Below, one piece after another: positions 12,001-21,594 of a DNA stretch of 32,000 nucleotides. The stretch covers positions 30,001 to 62,000 of the forward strand of contig BAAFSQ010000019.1 in assembly GCA_054661495.1 (NCBI GenBank), in the 5' to 3' direction. Origin of the DNA: Zygophlyctis sp. KS116. Its lineage: Eukaryota > Fungi > Chytridiomycota. A model generated the notes under the pieces. It saw only the letters and a program-made list of their open reading frames with translations. It did not search any database and was not told the origin of the DNA. Every line of letters starts with the position of its first letter. Within the stretch, counting starts at the first letter, position 1. Both the position numbers and the translations under genes were made by a program.

Positions 12001-13096
12001 TCAAGATCAGTTATTTGAGATTCGGTGGTGCTGTCATCTTCCTCAAAGATATCTTGGACTATATTATCTCCGTCCGGAAGCCATCTAAACAATTACATCT
12101 ATGATAGAACATACCCTCTCCACATTTTCAGCTGGGTTGCCATATGAATATATTCTTGTCCGTGAATATCTTTTTCGCTGATTTCCGGTCCTCCACCGTA
12201 TATTTTGTGAACTCTTGTCCAGTTTTCTTGAGAGAAAATATGAAAATCCACCATTGGCGAAAGATGCGGCATTAATATACCATTCTCCATCAGTATAGAA
12301 TTATCTATAGCTTGAGGAAATGATTCATCCCCAATCAAAAATGATCGCCAAGATCTCCACCAAATCGAAGACACAAAATAAAACGCATCATTCCTTGAAA
12401 GACCATATATACACCTTTCACGTTGTCTTCTTTCATTTTCCTCGATCATGATTTGAATCATTGGATATTGTGATACTATCGGCCTAAGTGCATCTGAAAT
12501 CATCCTTGTGAAATATCTTTCGCAAGGATGAGAGTCAAAACCACCAATCCATTTATTGCATGCATAGCACCACAATTCTAAAGTTTTGATCTTCATTGTA
12601 AGATTATGAATATTCTTGTCCGAATAGTGATAATACGCATGCTTCATAACACCTTTTATCCTAAAAATATAATTAGTATACCTCTTCCACAGCCGATATG
12701 ATAGCATTGAGGAGTTAAGCAAATCCATAAGTCAGGAAGATGAGAGTCGCACTCATTGCATTTCAGATCATTCAAGTCTTTGGGCAAAGATGGCTGAAAA
12801 ATACCCAAGTTTGTAATAGAAAATGTACTGATATGCGGGCAGAGTGGAACTTTAATGTAAAAGAGTTCTTTCCAGGTGAATTCAGGAGTTTTGTAGTGAA
12901 TGCTTTTAAATTTTTTACAGAAAGACTTGTAAATGGAATCTTGTCCGGTCAATGACTGAAACGATTTGGATGTTAAAGTCAGGAATTTGAAATCGGAGGG
13001 AGATAAATATCTAGATTTAGATGGGTTTGATTACTCTGAACAAATCTCAAATAGTATGTCTATCGGCATCAAAGCCAATGTCAAGTATGAATGCAT
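11985..13096 (-). CDS. F-box + ZnF-UBP + DUSP domain protein with no USP catalytic domain
   Basis: N-terminal LALMPIDILFEICSE|YLSPSDFKFLTLTSKSF is F-box-like. CPH...CNEC...LWICLTPQCYHIGCGR|GVMKHAYYH...HNLTM...LWCYAC matches ZnF-UBP. FYFVSSIWWRSWRSF...IDNSIL...WTRVHKIYGGGPEI matches DUSP. Introns 13011-13034, 12653-12681 and 12085-12114. The last intron is less certain; without it the stop is at 12099. Confidence 0.78.
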
Positions 13097-13101
13097 TAAG
13101 T

Positions 13102-14733
13102 CTATTCTCTAAGGTTCGTGTCGCTTTCAAGCTTAAAAATCACCGAAGATTTAGAACTTACGGCGTTTCTATCGCTATCTTCATCTACATTAGATACATT
13201 AGTGTTTGACTGATGCTGATTAGAAACTTTTAAATGTGATGAAGTTGCAACACCACCTTGATCGGATGAAATTTCAACTTGAGAAATCACCCTGCTGCCA
13301 GAGTAGGACAAACCTGATTTGATTCTTGTCAAGGGTACCAAAGAAGGTCCAGAAATCATGCTAGAGCTAATTGGTGTATTTTCTGGCCAATGAGGAACTT
13401 CCACTGATCGAGATCTAGACATTGATGTAATTGTAAGAATCGTCATATGAACAAATGGAACCGTTATCCCAAAAGCTATAACACTTACAAAAACAACAAA
13501 CATTATTGTTGGAACAATTGTTGTATTGTCTGGAAGTGCTAAAGCAGCAGCAGACATGTACCATAAGGCACCCACTCCAACAGGACCAAACCATCCCACT
13601 AAAGCTGCATCATGAATAGTGTACAAGGGAGGAATATATTTGTAAAGGGCCAAAATAATTGGAAGTCTTCTTAAAAGTAGAATGCTAATTCCGGTTAAAA
13701 TTAATCTCCAAGCAGGAAGAGTTACAGAATTGAAGTCTGTCCAAGGTAGTGAACTTCCTAATAAATTAATTTCAGAAATATAGTACCAAAATACACAAAA
13801 TAGGTCAAATTTAGTAGATTATCAATAACTTCTTGAACGTGAGCCTCCTCTGTTTCGGCTGTAAACCATCCATCCCATGAGAAAACAAGACCAGCCATAA
13901 AAATAGAAATAAAAGTTGAAAGGTGTAGCATTTGACAAACTCCAACCACAAAAAGCGTTAATGCTATTTCAAAACTTAAGAAATTTTTCTTATCTATCCA
14001 TCCTTCTCTTTCGGAATAGTAAAGCGCCCATCTTGACGCAAGTCCAATAACAGTACCAAAAATTAATGATAATATTAGCTCATACGCTATAATCATGTAG
14101 CCCCATTTTGCAAATGCTTGACCAATATCATACTTATTGAGGTAAACGGAAAGTGCCCACAATGGTAATACAAGCCCGTCATTAGCGGCCGATTCTGCTG
14201 CAAGTAATTGTCTAATTGAAATTGGAATGTGCATATCTGCAAATCGTCCACTAGTGATAGAATTTGCAAGAATTGGATCAGTTGGGCAAGTGCATGCAGA
14301 GAGGATCAATGATTCAACAAAGGGCCTACCCAAGACCAAGTAAAAAATCAACGCACCAGCAAGCCATTTGTAAATAACAACTGGTACTAGAAGAATTGCC
14401 ATACTTTTCCACCTCCTGAGCCAAAACTTTTTAGGAAGAGAAATAGCCGCAGCCATGATCTGAATACAAATTACAATATCAGAAAAAGCAAGATTGATTT
14501 TCTGCTCATCACCCAAGTCAAATGGATTCAGCGCTTTAGCCCCAATAGGCCCAAAGCAAATTCCAATTAAAGTTGCCACAAGCGATTCTGATAAGAATAA
14601 TCTCTCCTTTATAACAAAAGAAACAAAACCTTTCATGAGCTATCGTCATCTTACCAAAAATTAGTATAAATCCCCCAAACAATGCTGACAATACAGAGAC
14701 CTCATTGGTATATGCAGACGCAAAATCTCCCAT
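13102..14733 (-). CDS. NHA1: Fungal Nha1/Sod2-type Na+(K+)/H+ antiporter (CPA1)
   Basis: Motifs IKERLFLSE, PTDPILANSI, LAAESAANDG, FSWDGWF, RRLP and GWFGPVGVGA. Introns 14630-14654 (25 nt) and 13758-13786 (29 nt). Confidence 0.9.
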
Positions 14734-14970
14734 TTTAACAAAATCTCAGCCACAGAAACGTTTAAAATTTTTATGTTTTTTAACTGCAATCACTGAAATT
14801 TCATAAATTCAGGAGGCACATAGGATCTGCGGGTCACAGTTGTTAACTCTCTAATCGGACCATTGGATGTGACTTGGGGATGAAGATATTCTCCAAGAAG
14901 ATCTGCGCGGGGTTTAAAAGGCGTGGCTCTTTCAGCCCCTATTAGAGGTTTGTATACGTTTGAGGTGACT
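14647..14970. repeat. 324-bp direct repeat, copy 1 (NHA1 exon 1, intergenic spacer, and an orphan copy of the last ~180 nt of the SAXO5-like CDS)
   Basis: No mismatch seen by eye against 16610-16933 (offset 1963). Confidence 0.95.
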
Positions 14971-15215
14971 TTTTCCTTAGTCTGAATACGATCAGACTTC
15001 TCAGCTTATTTTTTTCCGGCTTTAGATGGACTAGAACCTGTATGATTTTTTAATTTCTCAAACATTTGCTCAATGAGATATTACTGATTGCTATTAGCTA
15101 AAAATGTGGTATATTATTGATAACTGTTCAACCGCTGGAATAGAATGTTGTCCGAACTCCATCACCCAAGACATAACTTCGATTAGAACCCTCTTAACAC
15201 TTGTCAAATTAGCTA

Positions 15216-16352
15216 ATGCTAGGCATTGATTTCTCAGTTTTCAAGGAGTTCTTACCTCTGCTAACTATTGGAGGAGCCACAGTTTCAGCTGCAGGTTTGA
15301 TACCTCGGATCGGCCCAGGAAGAGCAATTTGGATTGGAATTCGCTCTCGTTTTGCAAGAAAGCCAGAACCTTTATCTATTCGTTCTGAAGAGATCGCTGA
15401 AATTAAGAGCATGCTTTTGAGAAAAAAATTCAATGAAACTTATTTGGTTGTTACTGGTGAAAAGGGAGTTGGAAAGACTTGCTTGCTCAATACTGTCTTG
15501 AACAAGACTCCAGGAGTAATCAGAGTCAGTGTTTCGCCAAAGGATGATGAACACACAATTATCAGGAATACTCTTTTGGAATTGACTGGAATTAAATTTG
15601 ATTTTGTACCTCCTTATGCCAGTGCGAAAAGACTTATATTTTGGTACCGGTTCTTTACCTTAAAGCGTTCTCCAATTGTTGTCATTAATGCAACTGAGAG
15701 AACAGCCGGGAAAGACTTTGCTAGCATAACCGGCGCTGTTCGTATACTGGTAGAAGATTACAGGCTACGTGTTGTTGTTGATGTCTCACCGAATTCTCTA
15801 GATGAATCACTTTTGTGGAAAACTAGGCCGATTGTATTTAATATCAAGCCAATGAAAAAGGAAATGATTTGTCAAATGGAACAACTGCAAGATCTGTTCA
15901 AATATATTCAAATGGCTGGTTTAGAACATACAGTTTTCGCTGTTCTTGGTGGAATACCCTCTCGCTACAATGCACTTTGGGAGGATGTCCAAACTAAATT
16001 GGAAAATGGTGAAGATCCTAGAGAAATTATTGGAAGGTTCTTGTGTGATAAGATATATGCCGCAATCCAAAGTGTCAGGAAATCTAGGAGAGAGCAAAGA
16101 TATGGCTGAAATAATCAAATTGTTTGACAAGGACAAAAAATTCATTCTGAGTGATACCATAGACTTAAATAACCTAAAGCGATCTACTCCTGATAAAGTC
16201 TTTCGTGAAGTTAAACAAGATAGTTCTTCTGTTCTCATCCCAGCAACCAATGCAATTGGAGTTGTTCTGCAGCATGGATTGTTCTGCAGCATGGTCTTAC
16301 CAGTGAGCCATCTTTGGATCAGCTTGAAAAGTTACTCAAAAATAAGCAATAA
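15216..16352 (+). pseudogene. Intronless P-loop ATPase (AAA+/ATPase_2-like), frameshifted
   Basis: Walker A in YLVVTGEKGVGKT. Frame switch near 16085-16100. A 17-nt tandem duplication (ttgttctgcagcatgg at 16262-16277 and 16279-16294) causes a second frameshift; removing it gives ...VVLQHGLTSEPSLDQLEKLLKNKQ* ending at 16352. Confidence 0.7.
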
Positions 16353-16609
16353 AACATGAGTTGAACTTTCAATACTTTTAAAATACGTTCGATCTTGATT
16401 TTTGAACACACTGTTAATCAACCATTAAGGAAAGACTTTAGCGTTTTCATTTAAAAATGGAATCGGTACAGACAATCTAAATTTTAAAGTAAGGGATTTA
16501 TTTGGGTCGAAATAGGGATAGTATACTTTCGCGCCAAATCAAGGAGATAAATATCTAGAACAAAATGTTTATTTCCAGCAAGAATGCATTGATTCTATTC
16601 TTTTAAAAA

Positions 16610-16933
16610 CATCTTACCAAAAATTAGTATAAATCCCCCAAACAATGCTGACAATACAGAGACCTCATTGGTATATGCAGACGCAAAATCTCCCATTTTA
16701 ACAAAATCTCAGCCACAGAAACGTTTAAAATTTTTATGTTTTTTAACTGCAATCACTGAAATTTCATAAATTCAGGAGGCACATAGGATCTGCGGGTCAC
16801 AGTTGTTAACTCTCTAATCGGACCATTGGATGTGACTTGGGGATGAAGATATTCTCCAAGAAGATCTGCGCGGGGTTTAAAAGGCGTGGCTCTTTCAGCC
16901 CCTATTAGAGGTTTGTATACGTTTGAGGTGACT
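16610..16933. repeat. 324-bp direct repeat, copy 2 (orphan NHA1 exon 1 and the true 3' end of the SAXO5-like CDS)
   Basis: No mismatch seen by eye against 14647-14970. Confidence 0.95.
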
Positions 16934-18747
16934 GTTTCAAAAGATGTTTTATCGTAAGGATAGCGAGATATAGTGTTTGCCAATGTCATCTCATAGCTAT
17001 TACACGCAGATGAGGTTACTTTTGAGCATGGCCCATTGGATCCTGCAGCAATTGTATGTTGCATGCTGTGATCGGCACTTAAACTTGAGGGATCTTTAAA
17101 ATGTGAATGAGTCAAAGTGACCATATTCTGAATACGATCAGACTGCTCTGGTTCGCCACCAAATGAAAAATGATGAGTTCGCAAGTACATCTTATTTTCT
17201 CTACTTTGAGACTTAGCATCCCGATCTTGTACTTTCAAAGTATATTCTTTTTTAGCAACACTATTATAATCGCACTTGATTTCAGAATCCATATTGATAG
17301 GATCAAAGAAGGGGATATCTGGTTTTCTAGTTTCTCCTCGACGGCTATAAGCCTCTTGAGCAATTGAAGAATCAATTTCATTTGGAGATCTATAATCTTT
17401 GGAAGTCACAGAAATCGTACTTTTGGATAGACCCGAATTATTAGTTCCGAATGAAATCGAGGCTGCTCCATTGAGATCTTTAACTTCTTTTCCGGCTAAG
17501 TATGGACTAGAATCCTTAACAGTTTTAGTAATATCTCCAAAATCTGCTTTATGAGAGCTAGTACCAATTTTTCTATCGGGTAAATCTTCTACAATAATGC
17601 ATTGACCCTGTGCAGGGAATGCAGCAGGTGGTAATACTTTTCTTTCCAATCCTGATTCGTGACGTTTAAATGAAGAATCATACTGAGAAGTGCCAAAGGT
17701 AAGCTCTGGGTCTCCAAGCTAACATTTCAAAATTGAATGGTCTTACAGAGAAATGTGTTGCCTTTAAATCTTTTATAAACGAAGCACTATCTACAATAAG
17801 AGATTTATGATCTATTCTAGAATTAGCAGAAAAATCTTTTAATTTAGATTCGGATTTGTGTACCTTGCTGATGAACGCTAGTCATGGGGACTTTTTCCAT
17901 ATCCGGATTGTCCAAGACCGTCGATCGGACATATTTTGATTCTTTGTGGTAGCTTTCTTCTTCAAATATGCGATCGAAAGGTTTCATGGAGCTCTTTGTT
18001 ACGCTTATCCAGGGGATTCTTTCATTTCCTAAAGAAATATTGGTCTTATTTTTTGTTTGAAGAGAATCTCTTGTTGGTCGAGTTTCAAACTTTTTTTGAA
18101 TCTTTAATTTAAATCCTATTTACAATACCGTTTTTGGAGTTTTTGATTCATTATTGATTCTACTTTCAAGAGTTTCCAACGTTTCATCTCTGTAAATCGG
18201 AGGATATTTCTACTATTTAGCCAAATTAAAAATACAGAATATGATATAACACTATGATCGGGTCTTTGAATTGGATAGCTAGGATCCATGTTATAGTCCT
18301 TTTTTGTAATACTTGTGTATGATGGTTCGGAACCTCTATCCAATGTAAAATGAGCCTTTTTTATATAATCAGCGACTAAATCATTTGACTATAAATGCAT
18401 ACCTTCTCTAATCTTTTCCCTTTCAGAGACTAGAGTCTTTGTCGTATATTCTGCTTTAGAGGTACTTATCCATTTCGGAGGAATTTCGTCCGGAAATCCT
18501 ATTATATTGTCCCCTGGCTCATGATGATCTAAAGGCTTTGCTTATAATCAAGGAATTTATATTTACTTTTGACAATCTTTGCAACTCTGTTTGCCCCATA
18601 TAGTCGATCTCTCATAAACGCTCGATGACTGATTGAAGTATCCATTGCGGTTGTATCAATATCTCTTTCATTTACAGAATCAACAGAATCTAGCAGCAAT
18701 AGCCTCTTGCAAGCTGCCGATTTAGACGATAATGATGTTGTATTCAT
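16753..18747 (-). CDS. Axonemal microtubule-stabilising repeat protein, SAXO5/TEX45-like
   Basis: Recurrent H/N-F/I-S-L/F-G...[ST]-x-[ST]-x-x-x-[YF] units: KAHFTLDRGSEPSYTSITKKDY, TNISLGNERIPWISVTKSSM, ATHFS|LGDPELTFGTSQYDSSF, THHFSFGG, TTVTRRSYVPP. Introns 18541-18566, 18376-18402, 18210-18235, 18102-18128, 17836-17863 and 17719-17746 give one continuous frame. Family call is from motif resemblance only. Confidence 0.6.
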
Positions 18748-18785
18748 TAGGAGATTATATGCCCAATGACGTATCCATGATCTCT

Positions 18786-18936
18786 TTTGGCGCGATCAAA
18801 GTATTCCTTCATCAGTCTCTAAAATATACATATAATCCCCGTCTCTACTTTTTAAGGATGCATAATGAATTAACTACTATATCTGATCGCTGGTCGCGAA
18901 AGTTGCACGAAAAACACGAAATAGAATAACGCGAAA
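18786..18936. promoter_or_regulatory. 200-bp bidirectional promoter with four CRCGAAA (SCB/SBF-type) motifs and one TTTGGCGC (E2F-type) motif
   Basis: CGCGAAA 18895-18901, CACGAAA 18906-18912, CACGAAA 18915-18921, CGCGAAA 18930-18936 and TTTGGCGC 18786-18793, between divergent ATGs at 18747 and 18948. Confidence 0.5.
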
Positions 18937-18947
18937 ATCAATTAGAA

Positions 18948-21594
18948 ATGCGTACGATAGCTTTTCTTGTCTTTACTTCATTGGTTCTAGCAATGGATTA
19001 TAAGGAAAGGTTAAGATTGAAAAGTAGGGTGCGTACCATGTTTCAACAGAGTGATTTTTATATTTTTAATGTTTAATAGGCTTTGAGTCGTACATGGAAA
19101 ATGCCTTTCCCCAAGATGAATTAGATCCAGTCAACTGCATTGGCCGATCGCGTGATAATAATCATAATAATTGGGGAATCAATGATGTTCTAGGGAATTT
19201 CTCATTGACTCTGATAGATTCATTGGATACACTACCAATCATGGGCGATCATGTTGGATTTGAAAAGGCAGTTGATAAAGTGATCAAAACAGTTTCATTT
19301 GATAAAGATTCTAGAGTTCAGGTACTTGTTTCTATTTTTACAATTAGGTATTTGAGGTAACCATACGGGCTTTAGGTGGACTGCTTTCAGCACATTTACT
19401 GGCAAGTGATCCAACTCATGGATTTAAAATTTCTTGGTATGATGATCAGCTTTTAGTATTAGCAATTGATCTGGGGTAACATTACAATGCATTAAGAATT
19501 TTAGGAATAGGTTGATGCCGGCTTTTGAATCTAGTACCGGTATACCATATCCTAGGGTGAATCTTCGGCACGGTCTATACAATTATGAGGCTCAAGAGAC
19601 ATGTGCAGCAGGAGTTGGGACACTTTTATTGGAATTTTCATTATTAAGTCGTTTATCGGGTGATCCAAAATATGAAGAGGTTGCCAAGAAGGCTTTATTT
19701 AAAATGTGGGAACTTAGGTCACCGTTAGATTTAATGGGAAACTCGTTGCAGTTTTTAGAAAACAGGTGGACTTATGGTCTTACTGGTATAGGAGCAGGTG
19801 TGGATTCGTTTTATGAATACTTGTTCAAATCATGGATTTTCTTAGGTGATCAAGAGTATCTAGATATGTTCCAAGTTTCATATAATGCCGTTATGAAACA
19901 TATCAAGGACTCTTCTGGGTTTATTTATAAAAATATCGATATGAATACTGGAGAGTTAGGTGCAACTTGGATCGATTCTTTGGGAGCATTTTTCCCTGGC
20001 CTGCAGGTATTGCATGGTGATTTAAAAAATGCAATCAAACATCACGCAATGTATTTTACTATTTGGAAAAAATACGGGGCATTGCCCGAGCGTTTTAATT
20101 GGAATACAGGGAAGTTAGATATATCTTATTACCCCCTCCGCCCAGAGCTTTTTGAATCGACATACATGCTTTATCAAGCGACAAAGGATCCTTTTTATCT
20201 CTATGCTGGAAAGATAATGCTGGAAGATTTGGAAAAAAATGCCAAAGTTAAGTGTGGTTATGCTACAATTAGTAATTTGGAATCAATGCAACATGATGGA
20301 CGAATGGAAAGTTTTTTCTTATCAGAAACATTGAAATATCTATATTTGCTATTTGATTCTGGTATTTTATAAGACACCTACTCATGCTAGATAACTATTT
20401 CAACAAAATAGATTCAAACAATGTATTTACCACAGAGGCGCATTTCATATACTTGCCCAATAAGTACATTGAAAAGTCGAGCATGCATTCATCGTCGACC
20501 CTCACCTGTTCAATTTATAAGCCGAAGCCATTCAAATTAGAGGATCGTCCTCCACTTCTCACTGACAAGGAAATAACCTTTATTGAATCGCTTGTAAATC
20601 ACGCCCATAAATCCGCTAAAGGAGAAACGCCGATACCTGAACACGATATTAATTCAGAAGTTACATTTATGTATGATTTTCTTGGCAAGTTATTTTTTTT
20701 CTATGCAACATACCATGTATGTTTGATTAGTCTATATTTTGTACTTGTTTTCGGGTATAATACTTTAGGTTTCCTGGAGATCACAAAAAAATACAAGTTA
20801 TCAAATTAGATGAATCTTCATTATTTTATAGCAGTATCAATGGCTCTAGAATACAGATAAAGCTTGATAAAAGCGCGGATAAAACGTATATGGAGTATTA
20901 TGTGAGCGAAATCGACAATACACCTATTGGTAATATGATTCAAGTCATAGTACCTGATAGGGCTCTATGGTTTTTGCAAAATCGTTTCCGATCTGATATC
21001 GGATCATTACGTTTGTCGAATGGACACACTGTACAAGCACAAATGGCTAATTTTGGGATAGCCTTGTCATTTTACGAGAATCTAGAATCAGAAATAGAAT
21101 ACGTTTCAGCATCTAAAATAATATCAAGTGTTGTAGACATTGGTTTTGGATGCGAATATTTAGATCCTTTAAAGTATTTTGGTAAATTTATAGTTGTAAA
21201 AAGGGGGAAATGTACTTTTCCCACAAAAGCATTTTGGGCTCAAGAAGCCGGCGCAAAAGCATTACTAGTTATATCTGATGATGAAACTTTGATTAGTATG
21301 GAGCAATCATCAAAGCAATGGGATTATAATTTAGAAAATGGGGTTGATATGACTTGGATCCCTTGTTTCTTTTTGACCAAATCAGCCTCTGCTTCACTCT
21401 TTGAACATTCAGATTCAAAAGTAGTACTTAATGGACCTCCAGAAATAAGCAATCTTTTCTATTCAAAAATCAAGGTCTCTAATCTACTTATTAAAGTCAA
21501 AAGAACAAATGGTAACATTCTTAAAAAAGGATACTTATATCCTGGACAATCATTTAGATGCATGAAAAAATGTATGGCCTATATATGCTGTTAA
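18948..21594 (+). CDS. MNL1: ER degradation-enhancing alpha-mannosidase-like protein (GH47 + PA domain; Mnl1/Htm1/EDEM)
   Basis: Signal peptide [15 protein letters not shown]. Motifs [65 protein letters not shown] and FTTEAH; PA motif [20 protein letters not shown]. Introns 19051-19079, 19322-19347, 19476-19504 and 20362-20390, plus one unresolved junction ending at 20768. Confidence 0.88.

Noticed and set aside
11995-12006. 12-bp palindrome tcttgatcaaga at the OXP1 stop
   Set aside because: Short enough to arise by chance in 32 kb of AT-rich DNA; no supporting structure.
16073-16088. 16-nt intron (gtgtcaggaaatctag) that would repair the first ATPase frameshift
   Set aside because: Well below the 22-23-nt floor seen elsewhere, not AT-rich, and the gene has an independent second frameshift.
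16527-16538. TTTCGCGCCAAA, a double E2F-type site
   Set aside because: Single occurrence in decayed DNA, downstream of both flanking genes, with no gene start to regulate.
14647-16933. LTR retrotransposon or TRIM interpretation of the direct repeats
   Set aside because: The repeats are host exon and CDS sequence, lack TG...CA termini, and enclose no gag/RT/integrase motifs.
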